Assembly (NCBI RefSeq): GCF_050856905.1
Contig: NZ_CP193910.1
Direction: 5' to 3' (one strand)
DNA from: Pantoea allii
Lineage (GTDB): Bacteria; Pseudomonadota; Gammaproteobacteria; Enterobacterales; Enterobacteriaceae
Length of the DNA: 24,000 bases
In this document: positions 9,217-17,458 of the stretch, piece by piece
How the letters are laid out: the number at the start of each line of letters is the position of its first letter
How positions within the stretch are numbered: position 1 is the first letter of the stretch
The notes under the pieces: generated by a model
The model's input: the letters and a program-made list of their open reading frames with translations, nothing else
Database searches by the model: none
Told to the model about the DNA's origin: nothing
Position numbers and translations under genes: made by a program

Positions 9217-9582
9217 TTAACGTCTGGACGCGGCGATCAGTCGCAGCAACCGCACGAGTAGTGCACCGCATCCCGCCCAAAACATGCCGCTCAGGCTCCA
9301 GATAGCAATATAATCCCATCGGGTAGGCTCAGCGAAAACGCCATGCAATAACAGCGCGGCCAGTAGCGTCCCGGTAAACGCCATAATCAGCGTGCTTTTT
9401 AGCGGTGCTTCTTGCTGCATCAGCGCCATTAATGCACCAGGTAGCAAAAAAAGCAGCAGTTCAGGCTGGCCGTGTAACACCTGCTTATCTAACAGCCGGA
9501 AATCCTGGGTAAACATAAAGATTAAACAATAAAACACGCCACCTGACAGGCAGGTTGCCCAGAAATAATAACGCTGCGGCAT
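9217..9582 (-). CDS. ybjM: Inner-membrane protein YbjM
   Basis: Hydrophobic multi-TM ORF in the conserved slot between grxA and ybjL, with loose similarity to E. coli YbjM (LLFLLPGA.., ..FAEPTR..). The start is uncertain. I chose the ATG at the complement of 9580-9582 (GGGGAG just upstream), which gives 121 aa. The ORF track extends to 9687. Confidence 0.6.
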   Translation of the reverse strand: MPQRYYFWATCLSGGVFYCLIFMFTQDFRLLDKQVLHGQPELLLFLLPGALMALMQQEAPLKSTLIMAFTGTLLAALLLHGVFAEPTRWDYIAIWSLSGMFWAGCGALLVRLLRLIAASRR

Positions 9583-9832
9583 AACTCCCCACTCATTAAA
9601 AACTCGCCAAAACATCGTCTGTGACCTTGCTGAGCCCGGTGGAAATAAAAATAAACAGCCGTTTGCCATACGAATGAAAGTCGCCAATGGCTGAGAATGG
9701 TTTTTCTGATTAGAATATTGGCCTCGTTACCTTTTCAGAAATCGATGATCGCTGAAGGTAATCTTACGGCTTGCTCAAGATAGCGAAAAACAAGCCTCTC
9801 TTCAATAGGTTACAAGTAAACAAGAAGTTAAA

Positions 9833-11524
9833 ATGTTGAATGTTAACATCGCAGAATTGTTAAGAGGTAATGACATTCTGTTATTATTTTTCGTGCTGGC
9901 TCTGGGACTTTGTCTGGGGAAATTACGTTTTGGCTCGGTGCAACTCGGCAATTCCATTGGCGTATTAGTGGTTTCGTTATTATTAGGCCAGCAGCACTTC
10001 TCGATGAATACGGATGCCCTAAGCCTGGGCTTTATGTTGTTTATTTTTTGTGTCGGTATTGAAGCGGGTCCCAACTTTTTTTCTATTTTCTTTCGGGACG
10101 GCAAAAACTATTTCATGCTCGCCATCGTGATGGTGGTCAGCGCCCTGCTGTTGGCCCTGGGATTTGGCAAATTCTTTGGCTGGGATATCGGGCTGACCGC
10201 GGGCCTTCTGGCCGGTTCCATGACCTCTACGCCGGTGCTGGTCGGTGCAGGCGATACGTTGCGCCAGAGCATCAGCGATCCTAAACAGCTCAGCATGATG
10301 CAGGATCAACTCAGTCTGGGCTATGCCGTTACCTACCTGATAGGGCTAGTCAGCCTGATTTTTGGCGCTCGCTATCTCCCCCGTCTGCAACATCAGGACT
10401 TACCCACCAGCGCACAACAAATTGCACGTGAGCGCGGCCTTGACGCTGACAGCCAGCGCAAAGTGTTTCTGCCGGTGATTCGTGCTTATCGTGTGGGCCC
10501 GGAGCTGGTGGCATGGAGCGGCGGTAAGAATCTACGTGAGCTCGGGATCTATCGCCAGACAGGCTGCTATATCGAACGTATCCGCCGTAATGGCATCCTC
10601 GCCAGTCCGGATGGCGATGCGGTGCTGCAACTGGGGGATGATATTTCGCTGGTGGGCTATCCGGATGCGCACGCGCGACTGGATGCCAGCTTCCGTAACG
10701 GAAAAGAAGTCTTTGACCGCGATTTGCTGGATATGCGGATTGTGACCGAAGAGATTGTGGTAAAAAACCACAACGCCGTAAACAAGCGGCTGAGCAAACT
10801 CAATCTTACCGATCACGGCTGCTTTTTAAACCGCGTGATTCGCAGCCAGATTGAGATGCCAATTGACGACAATATCATGCTCAATAAAGGCGATGTGTTG
10901 CAGGTCAGTGGTGAGGCGCGGCGGGTAAAAAGTGTGGCGGATCGCATTGGCTTTATTGCGATTCACAGCCAGATAACCGACCTGCTGGCATTCTGTGCCT
11001 TTTTTATCATCGGCCTGATGGTCGGGTTGATTACGTTTCAATTCAGCAACTTCAGTTTTGGCATCGGTAATGCCGCTGGGTTACTGTTTGCCGGCATTAT
11101 GCTGGGCTTCCTGCGCGCTAACCATCCCACCTTTGGCTATATTCCGCAAGGTGCGCTGACGATGGTTAAAGAGTTTGGGCTGATGGTGTTTATGGCAGGC
11201 GTTGGCCTGAGTGCCGGGAGCGGTATCGACCATGGCATATCGGCTAACGGCGCGCTGATGCTCTTGTGCGGTCTGTTGGTCAGCCTGTTACCGGTAGTGA
11301 TTTGCTACCTGTTTGGCGCTTATGTTTTACGCATGAACCGCGCGCTGCTTTTCGGGGCCATTATGGGTGCACGCACCTGCGCACCGGCTATGGAGATTAT
11401 CAGCGATACGGCGCGCAGTAATATCCCTGCGCTGGGCTATGCCGGCACCTACGCCATCGCGAACGTTTTGCTGACGCTGGCGGGCACATTAATCGTTATT
11501 ATCTGGCCGTTACTGTCCTTATAA
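9833..11524 (+). CDS. ybjL: Putative transporter YbjL (AAE family, two central TrkA-C/RCK_C domains)
   Basis: 563-aa ORF collinear with E. coli YbjL over its whole length: [52 protein letters not shown] and [41 protein letters not shown]. Confidence 0.95.
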   Translation: MLNVNIAELLRGNDILLLFFVLALGLCLGKLRFGSVQLGNSIGVLVVSLLLGQQHFSMNTDALSLGFMLFIFCVGIEAGPNFFSIFFRDGKNYFMLAIVMVVSALLLALGFGKFFGWDIGLTAGLLAGSMTSTPVLVGAGDTLRQSISDPKQLSMMQDQLSLGYAVTYLIGLVSLIFGARYLPRLQHQDLPTSAQQIARERGLDADSQRKVFLPVIRAYRVGPELVAWSGGKNLRELGIYRQTGCYIERIRRNGILASPDGDAVLQLGDDISLVGYPDAHARLDASFRNGKEVFDRDLLDMRIVTEEIVVKNHNAVNKRLSKLNLTDHGCFLNRVIRSQIEMPIDDNIMLNKGDVLQVSGEARRVKSVADRIGFIAIHSQITDLLAFCAFFIIGLMVGLITFQFSNFSFGIGNAAGLLFAGIMLGFLRANHPTFGYIPQGALTMVKEFGLMVFMAGVGLSAGSGIDHGISANGALMLLCGLLVSLLPVVICYLFGAYVLRMNRALLFGAIMGARTCAPAMEIISDTARSNIPALGYAGTYAIANVLLTLAGTLIVIIWPLLSL

Positions 11525-11544
11525 AATTTTTTTACTGACGTCCA

Positions 11545-11571
11545 GAACTTTTTTTACCGACCACAGTCTGA
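11545..11571 (+). promoter_or_regulatory. SigmaE-type promoter of rybB
   Basis: A -35 element GAACTT (11545-11550), a 16-nt spacer and a -10 element TCTGA (11567-11571), with the RybB 5' end 6 nt further on. It matches the sigmaE consensus GGAACTT-N16-TCTGA. Confidence 0.7.
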
Positions 11572-11577
11572 ATAAGT

Positions 11578-11644
11578 GCCACTGCTTTTCTTTGAAATCC
11601 CCAAATTGTGGAGCCCGCTGGTCTTTTTCCCAGCGGGTTTTTTT
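11578..11644 (+). ncRNA. rybB: Hfq-dependent sigmaE-regulated sRNA RybB
   Basis: GCCACTGCTTTTCTTTGAAATCCCCAAATTGTGGAGCCC is nearly identical to the E. coli/Salmonella RybB 5' portion (GCCACUGCUUUUCUUUGAUGUCCCCAUUUUGUGGAGCCC, from memory). It ends in the terminator CCCGCTGG (11614-11621) / CCAGCGGG (11630-11637) plus T7 (11638-11644). It is adjacent to ybjL, as in E. coli. Confidence 0.88.
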
Positions 11645-11894
11645 ATGCCTTGCATCCTGCCCGCCCCACTTCAACATTAAAACTTCACCAAACTTAAACC
11701 ATTTTGCAACCTTAGTGCAGATTAAGAACCTTGTGATGGACTCTCTGCCCGTCTGCACGCAGGATAGGTAGCTTATTTTGTTAGCAACATGTGCTAGCAG
11801 ATGCGACAGACTCAATCTGCTTTTGCCCGTTGGCTTAAGCCCTTTTTCCGGGATTGAGAGAATCTGAACATCAGTAAGAGGAAACGACCACGTA

Positions 11895-12500
11895 ATGGAA
11901 GAATTGAACCGCACCCTGTTTATGGCGATTAACGCTACCTCAGACTCACCTCACTGGTTATTGCAGCTTGCCCTCTTCATAGCCAAAGACGTCATTGCCA
12001 TTGTCCCGCTGCTGATTGTGGCATTGTGGCTGTGGGGACCGCGCGATCAGGTGGCGTCACAGCGAGTGCTGGTGTTAAAAACCGGCATCGCGCTGCTCTA
12101 TGCATTAGCCATTTCCTGGTGCGTGGGACAACTGTTCCCTCATCCGCGTCCGTTTGCGATCAACTTCGGCCATCAGTTTCTGGCACACGCTGCCGACGAC
12201 TCGTATCCCAGCGATCACGGCACCACGATTTTCACCTTTGCGCTGGCTTTCCTGTTCTGGCACCGGCTCTGGTCGGGCATTATCCTGATGGTGGTCGCCA
12301 CTGCGATTGCCTGGTCACGTGTTTATCTTGGCGTGCACTGGCCAATGGATATGCTGGGCGGTTTTCTGGTGGGAATGCTGAGTTGCCTGGCGTCGCACCT
12401 TGCCTGGCAGCTGTATGGCGAACGTCTGCTTAATATCATTAACCCGTTCTATCGGGCGCTGTTCGCTTTACCGATACGTAAAGGCTGGACACAAGGTTGA
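11895..12500 (+). CDS. ybjG: Undecaprenyl-diphosphate phosphatase YbjG (PAP2 family)
   Basis: 201-aa membrane ORF with the PAP2 motifs PSDHG and SRVYLGVHWPMD. It is collinear with E. coli YbjG: LFMAINAT.DSP, FIAKD, HAADDSYPSDHGTTIFTFALAFLFWHRLWSG and FALPIRKGW. Confidence 0.9.
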   Translation: MEELNRTLFMAINATSDSPHWLLQLALFIAKDVIAIVPLLIVALWLWGPRDQVASQRVLVLKTGIALLYALAISWCVGQLFPHPRPFAINFGHQFLAHAADDSYPSDHGTTIFTFALAFLFWHRLWSGIILMVVATAIAWSRVYLGVHWPMDMLGGFLVGMLSCLASHLAWQLYGERLLNIINPFYRALFALPIRKGWTQG

Positions 12501-12501
12501 C

Positions 12502-12871
12502 TGGCCCCGGCATAGGTTGACACGTTATGCTTTTTGAAGCGCCTGACGCACTGCATCAGGCGCTTTGTATTTCAGCGACAGGTGGGGGCGCTGACCGTTG
12601 CAGATTTTACCGATTCCTCCACGGGCGCTACGCTGCTTTGAAGAGTGCCAGTCAGGTTGGTCATATTTAAGCAGCCAGTTCAGGACGGTGGAGCAATCCT
12701 GAAGACCATAGCGTTCCTGAGCCTGAGTGTATGTCATTCCGCCTTTTTCAACCTCCTCAACAACAGTCAGTTTAAAGGACCGAGAGTCGTCCCGTTATAT
12801 ACGTTTAATAAACGCATCACATTCTGCTGAAAACCCAGGGAAACCGTGTCAACGCTATTCAGGACGGTTCA
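12502..12871 (-). mobile_element. Internally deleted IS3-family insertion-sequence remnant (about 370 bp) retaining both ends
   Basis: The minus-strand end reads TGAACCGTCCTGAATAGCGTTGACACGG (complement of 12871-12844), a TG-initiated IS3-like terminal repeat. The other end, TGGCCCCGGCATAGGTTGACACG (12502-12524), shares the inverted block ATAG(C)GTTGACACG. The interior encodes fused transposase fragments. Confidence 0.6.
12525..12794 (-). pseudogene. IS3-family transposase pseudogene (OrfA HTH fragment fused to the C-terminal tail of the integrase-core OrfB)
   Basis: The open frame reads RDDSRSFKLTVVEEVEKGGMTYTQAQERYGLQDCSTVLNWLLKYDQ (an OrfA-like HTH) joined directly to NGQRPHLSLKYKAPDAV. 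The latter resembles the typical rve C-terminal motif (Y)N..RPH.SL.Y..P. No DDE core lies between them. Confidence 0.6.
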
Positions 12872-13073
12872 ACCGTATAATTTAATCAACGGCATAAAGA
12901 ACAGAGGTCTGCCTGTGAAACCGAAAATATGCTACGCCAAACCTCACGTTAAGTGTCCGGTAAATGCCATTTTTCCATTAAAAAGACACCATTTTTAGCG
13001 TGTTTGTAACTGTCCATAATATTCGTATTTATAGGGGAAAAAAGTTGAGCGTGTGAAATCGTTCAGTTGAGTC

Positions 13074-14354
13074 TCAAATCCTGTCTATATTCTCTTTAAA
13101 CTTTCGGCTGTTAGTTATAACTGATAAAGCTGCCCGTCTCTGAAACCAAGATTCTGTCAAATCAATATAAAAAAGTGCAAGTGCATGGATCATTTTACTC
13201 GTTGGCTTTACTTCGTTATTCAGCCTCGAAAAAAAGACCCGACCGCCGCCAGTCATAGGCCTGTCATGATGGATAGAACTGATAAATGAATATTTTCTTA
13301 ACAGGTGTTCAGTTAGTACAGCCGTAACAGTAAGAGAAAATGTTTTCGCAGGGCACATGCGTTTGCCAACGCCAAAAGGTATATAGCAATTGTCAGAGGT
13401 ACTTATGTTATTCCACCTGTCCGGATCAAATCTTTCAGGATCAGTAAATCCCACTTGATGTAGCTTAACGAAGTCAAAAATTAAATTAGTCCCTTTATCA
13501 ATCGTTAATCCGTTCACCATAAACTGTTTTTCTTCTGTGACTCTGTTAGTCACGCCGAAGAGAGGATACAACCGCAGAGATTCGTTCAATACATTTTTCA
13601 TTGATGCTTTGTCAAAGTTTCGCCGTCGTATCTTTTGCTGCTCAACGGGGTTTTGAGCAAGACTCACAATGGTATGTGCAACAAACTCTGCAATCTGTAG
13701 CACCCCGGTATGAAAAAACGCCCCCATTAATATTTTGGCGACCTGTTCATTGGTCACATCCTCAGATACTTTGCCGCGCAGGGTAGTGATAATATCAGGT
13801 GAAAATTGAGCAGTGATATGTCTGAGGACCTTTGCTCTGAGCTTTTCATCAGGCATTTTAATAAATGAAATACTTTCTTTAAAAGAGATAACATTTTGAC
13901 TAAGAAAATCACGCTCTTCAGGTGATGGTAACCTGGCGAAGAGTTTAAGATGAAAAAAATCGACCATCAGCATTATTATTTCATTCCTGATAATAGCAAA
14001 CCCATATTTCTTTTCTGATAACAGGCCAGAACCGCGCTGACGTATAATATCAGTGATACACTCTTCAATATCAGCCCTTGTCATCATTAATTTCGGATAA
14101 ACTATTTTCAGCAGTTCAGTGTATAATGGCGATTCATCCATATTTTCCACATGCCAGTCTACCGGCATATGAAAGTATTCAATAAGCTTGCGGGTTGTAC
14201 CTTTTCCTTTATACGAATTATTCTTTAGCAGTAATTTAACCTCATCGCTGCTAATCTCTGAGCAGGGCAGCCGGATGCATTTACTGGATTCAATGAAGAC
14301 TTTTTCCCTCTCTCTTATAGCCTTATCTTTGATATTTTTGTAAAGCCAATGCAT
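13074..14354 (-). CDS. Cytochrome P450 monooxygenase (last gene of the island operon)
   Basis: 426-aa ORF with the heme-thiolate loop PFGVGKRMCPA (F-x-x-G-x-R-x-C-x-A/G). It also has K-helix E-x-x-R (NESLRLYP), the PERF region DPERFDPDRW and an I-helix-like GAFFHTGVLQIAE. A GAGGG Shine-Dalgarno sequence lies 8 nt before the ATG. The DNA is AT-rich. Confidence 0.9.
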   Translation of the reverse strand: MHWLYKNIKDKAIREREKVFIESSKCIRLPCSEISSDEVKLLLKNNSYKGKGTTRKLIEYFHMPVDWHVENMDESPLYTELLKIVYPKLMMTRADIEECITDIIRQRGSGLLSEKKYGFAIIRNEIIMLMVDFFHLKLFARLPSPEERDFLSQNVISFKESISFIKMPDEKLRAKVLRHITAQFSPDIITTLRGKVSEDVTNEQVAKILMGAFFHTGVLQIAEFVAHTIVSLAQNPVEQQKIRRRNFDKASMKNVLNESLRLYPLFGVTNRVTEEKQFMVNGLTIDKGTNLIFDFVKLHQVGFTDPERFDPDRWNNISTSDNCYIPFGVGKRMCPAKTFSLTVTAVLTEHLLRKYSFISSIHHDRPMTGGGRVFFSRLNNEVKPTSKMIHALALFYIDLTESWFQRRAALSVITNSRKFKENIDRI

Positions 14355-14412
14355 AATAAAAACCCTCAGAATATGATCAATGAAAAGTGAGTCTACAGAT
14401 TATCAGGCTACA

Positions 14413-15882
14413 TCAGGGGAGAGGCCATACAGGTTCATAATCGTCGAAAAAAGTGTGCAATCCAATTTCGCTCATTTCAAGTGGCGGACGATCATCCTTT
14501 ATAGGTTTGAATGCCGGGAGTTTGTCACCCCATTCGATAGCACGCTGAATGCATTCTGCTGCCCACTCATAATGTGGTTCGAAATAGGTTCGGCGTGGAA
14601 TTGCACATCGAATTAATTCGTAGGGTGCTTTGAGCCGACTTGCCGCATCCATGGGTTTACTGACATCAATGCGACCTCGTTGCAGAGAATCCATAGCCGT
14701 TGAAGCAAATCCTCCCTCAATAAAAGCCTGGGCAGATAAACACGTTGCTGGTCCCTGCGTATAATCAAGATGAGGAAGGCAGCGACCAGCGTCAATATAT
14801 ACCGCAAAGCAGCTGGCGGGTTCCAGAATATGAATACCTCTTTTTTTACAGGCATTGGCAAAGTAATCGACCTGGCGCTGTCGATCCTGGAGATAATGAT
14901 CGTTAACCCCTTCAAGCAACCCGACTGCAAGACATTCAAGGTCACGCCCGGCAAGCCCACCATAGGTAATATAACCGTCAGTACGAATAGTTTTAGGGTG
15001 CATTTTTTGCCAGTAATATTTGTTTCTTAAGGCAATGAAACCACCCATGTTAACCAGCCCCCCTTTTTTTGCACTCATATGGCAGCCATCAGCATAGGAA
15101 AGCATCTCGTTAACAATATCCAGACAACTCCTGTCGCTATAACCTTCTTCATGCTGTTTTATTATCCATGCATTCTCCGAAATCCTGGCGATATCAAGAT
15201 ATAACTGTGTGTCTCTTTTATTATATTTATCAATGATTTTACGAACCTTTTTAATATTATCCATTGAGACACATTGCCCACCATTAAGATTATTAGGGAC
15301 AACCAGTTCCACCAGAGGTATTTTTTCAGCATGTTCAATAAAGTACTGTTCAAACTTTTCAAGATCCATATTACCTTTGAACCAGCCGGTATTTTCCCGG
15401 TCAAGGTAGTCGGGGCAGAGAAAATCGACAGGTTCAGCACCTCGCTGAAATGTCCACGCGCTGGTAGTGGTGAAATGAGTGTTCGATGGCACCTTATCAC
15501 CGGGATTGACAAAAATTTCATAAATTGGCGCTTCTGCTGAACGCCCCTGGTGAGAAGGGATGATATAGGGCATGCCCGTAAAGCGCTGGCATACCTCTTC
15601 TAAATGCTCATAGCTCCTGCAGTTAAAATAAGATTCATCACCCTCCATCATTGCTGCCCATTGCCTGTCGCTCAACGCACCTGTTCCGGAATCTGTCACC
15701 ATATTGATGAACACATATTTTGCAGGTAATAATCTCCCTGAATACCCGTACTGCTGCATGATTTCTTTTCTTTTTTCTCTGGTGGTAGGGATAGAATATT
15801 CAATCGTTTTGATTCTGTAAGGAGGAGCCTTATCAAAAGGTAAATCGGTCTGGAGCAGCATGTCTTGCGCACTTATTCTCAT
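14413..15882 (-). CDS. PLP-dependent beta-eliminating lyase, tyrosine phenol-lyase/tryptophanase family (paralog A)
   Basis: 489-aa ORF collinear with TPL/TnaA as I recall them. Shared blocks are VTDSGTGALSDRQWAAMMEGDESY, SHQGRSAE, FKGNMDLEKF, LDIARISENAW, the PLP-lysine block HMSAKKGGLVNMGGF, TYGGLAGRD and the carboxylate-binding block LIRCAIPRRTY. A GGAGA Shine-Dalgarno sequence lies 5 nt before the ATG. Confidence 0.9.
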   Translation of the reverse strand: MRISAQDMLLQTDLPFDKAPPYRIKTIEYSIPTTREKRKEIMQQYGYSGRLLPAKYVFINMVTDSGTGALSDRQWAAMMEGDESYFNCRSYEHLEEVCQRFTGMPYIIPSHQGRSAEAPIYEIFVNPGDKVPSNTHFTTTSAWTFQRGAEPVDFLCPDYLDRENTGWFKGNMDLEKFEQYFIEHAEKIPLVELVVPNNLNGGQCVSMDNIKKVRKIIDKYNKRDTQLYLDIARISENAWIIKQHEEGYSDRSCLDIVNEMLSYADGCHMSAKKGGLVNMGGFIALRNKYYWQKMHPKTIRTDGYITYGGLAGRDLECLAVGLLEGVNDHYLQDRQRQVDYFANACKKRGIHILEPASCFAVYIDAGRCLPHLDYTQGPATCLSAQAFIEGGFASTAMDSLQRGRIDVSKPMDAASRLKAPYELIRCAIPRRTYFEPHYEWAAECIQRAIEWGDKLPAFKPIKDDRPPLEMSEIGLHTFFDDYEPVWPLP

Positions 15883-15908
15883 TTTATTCTCCGATTAAAA
15901 AAGGGATA

Positions 15909-17384
15909 TTAAGGATGATCAAACAGGGGTTCATACTCATCGAAGAAAGCCCGTAGACCGATATCCTTAGGATCTAAAGCGGGTCTGATATCACTCATTT
16001 TTTGACGAACATAGGGCGGAATTTTCTCTCCCCAGCACATCGCTTTGTAGAGTGATTCAGCGCACCACTCATAATGCGCATCGGTATAAACCCTTCTGGG
16101 AAAGGCGCAGCGAATTAATTCATAAGGCGCCAGCTGTATTTTTTGTGTATTAGTCGGATCTTTACTGTCTTCACGCCCCCGATGCAGCGAGTCCATAGAG
16201 GTAAAGCCGACACCGCCTTCAATAAAGGCCTGTACACACAATGCCGTACCCGGCCCATTTTCTTTTCGTATATGCGGCAGGCAATGCTCCGCCATTATCC
16301 ATACGCCCAGCGTACATGCTGGATTATACGTCGCGACACCTCTGGTCCTGCACGCATTGGCAAACAGGTCACACTGCCTTTGTTTATCCTCCAGATAATA
16401 ATCATTGACGCCTTCTACCAGCCCAACAGCCAGGGCTTCGAGATCGCGTCCTGCCATGCCGCCATAAGTCATGAACCCATCAATACGTATGAGCTTTGGC
16501 TGCAAACGTTGACAGTCCGTCTTATTTCTTAATGAGATGAATCCCCCCGTATTAACGAGCCCTGCTTTCTTCGCGCTCATATGGGCGATATCGGCGTAAG
16601 ACATCATTTCACGTACAATTTCCTTACAGCTTTTATGCCCATAACCCTGCTCATGTTTCTTTATTATCCAGGCATTTTCTGATATTCGGGCAGAGTCAAG
16701 ACATAGCAAAACATCTCTTTTTTTGTACTTATCGATGATATCCCTGACTTCTCTTATATTTTGCATCGAGACAGGTTGCCCTGCACACAAGTTATTTGGC
16801 ACCACAAGCTCAACCAGGCCAATGCGCTCACCGTGCTCAATAAAAAGGGCTTTCATTTTTTCTGTATCGATATTACCTTTAAACCATGAAGAATTATTCT
16901 CATCGAAATATTCAGGGCAGGTTAAATCTACCGGCTCGGCTTCCTGGTAATAGCAATGGGCGCGGGTAGTTGTGAAATGACAGTTTGAGGGTACAAGATC
17001 GCCTTTTTTCACAAAGGCCTCGTAAATTATTGCCTCACCAGAGCGTCCCTGATGGCAGGGCATAACAAAATCCATACCTGTAAATTTTTGCAATACATCC
17101 TGCAGAGGATACCAGCTCTTTGAGTTGAAATACGACTCATCCGCCAACATCATGGCAGACCACTGGCGATCGCTCATCGCATTCGTACCCGAATCGGTAC
17201 ACATATTCACATACACATACTCAGCAGGCAGATTTGGTACCGACCAGTTGAATTGCTTAATAAGTTCTTTGCGCTGAACTCGGGTCGTTGGAGTAACATA
17301 TTCAACAACTTTGACTCTCCAGGGCGGGACTTTGTCATATGGGATATCGCTGGGGAACAACATCTCTTCATCTGTTATTTTCAT
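15909..17384 (-). CDS. PLP-dependent beta-eliminating lyase, tyrosine phenol-lyase/tryptophanase family (paralog B)
   Basis: 491-aa ORF collinear with paralog A and with TPL/TnaA. Shared blocks are CTDSGTNAMSDRQWSAMMLADESY, CHQGRSGE, FKGNIDTEKM, LDSARISENAW, HMSAKKAGLVNTGGF, TYGGMAGRD and LIRCAFPRRVY. It lies 26 nt upstream of paralog A. Confidence 0.9.
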   Translation of the reverse strand: MKITDEEMLFPSDIPYDKVPPWRVKVVEYVTPTTRVQRKELIKQFNWSVPNLPAEYVYVNMCTDSGTNAMSDRQWSAMMLADESYFNSKSWYPLQDVLQKFTGMDFVMPCHQGRSGEAIIYEAFVKKGDLVPSNCHFTTTRAHCYYQEAEPVDLTCPEYFDENNSSWFKGNIDTEKMKALFIEHGERIGLVELVVPNNLCAGQPVSMQNIREVRDIIDKYKKRDVLLCLDSARISENAWIIKKHEQGYGHKSCKEIVREMMSYADIAHMSAKKAGLVNTGGFISLRNKTDCQRLQPKLIRIDGFMTYGGMAGRDLEALAVGLVEGVNDYYLEDKQRQCDLFANACRTRGVATYNPACTLGVWIMAEHCLPHIRKENGPGTALCVQAFIEGGVGFTSMDSLHRGREDSKDPTNTQKIQLAPYELIRCAFPRRVYTDAHYEWCAESLYKAMCWGEKIPPYVRQKMSDIRPALDPKDIGLRAFFDEYEPLFDHP

Positions 17385-17458
17385 TGCTTATTATTCCATT
17401 AAGTTAAGCAGACAAATTAAATTCATCTAAAATGCAAAGCCATGATTCAGTATTTAAA

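Noticed and set aside
14380-16950. Short ORFs inside the island genes: 14380-14616(+), 14613-14963(-), 14770-15030(+), 15162-15521(-), 15209-15540(+), 16143-16532(+), 16723-16950(+) and 13601-13786(+).
   Set aside because: All overlap the P450 or lyase reading frames, which carry complete family motifs. These alternatives have no motifs and no Shine-Dalgarno sequences.
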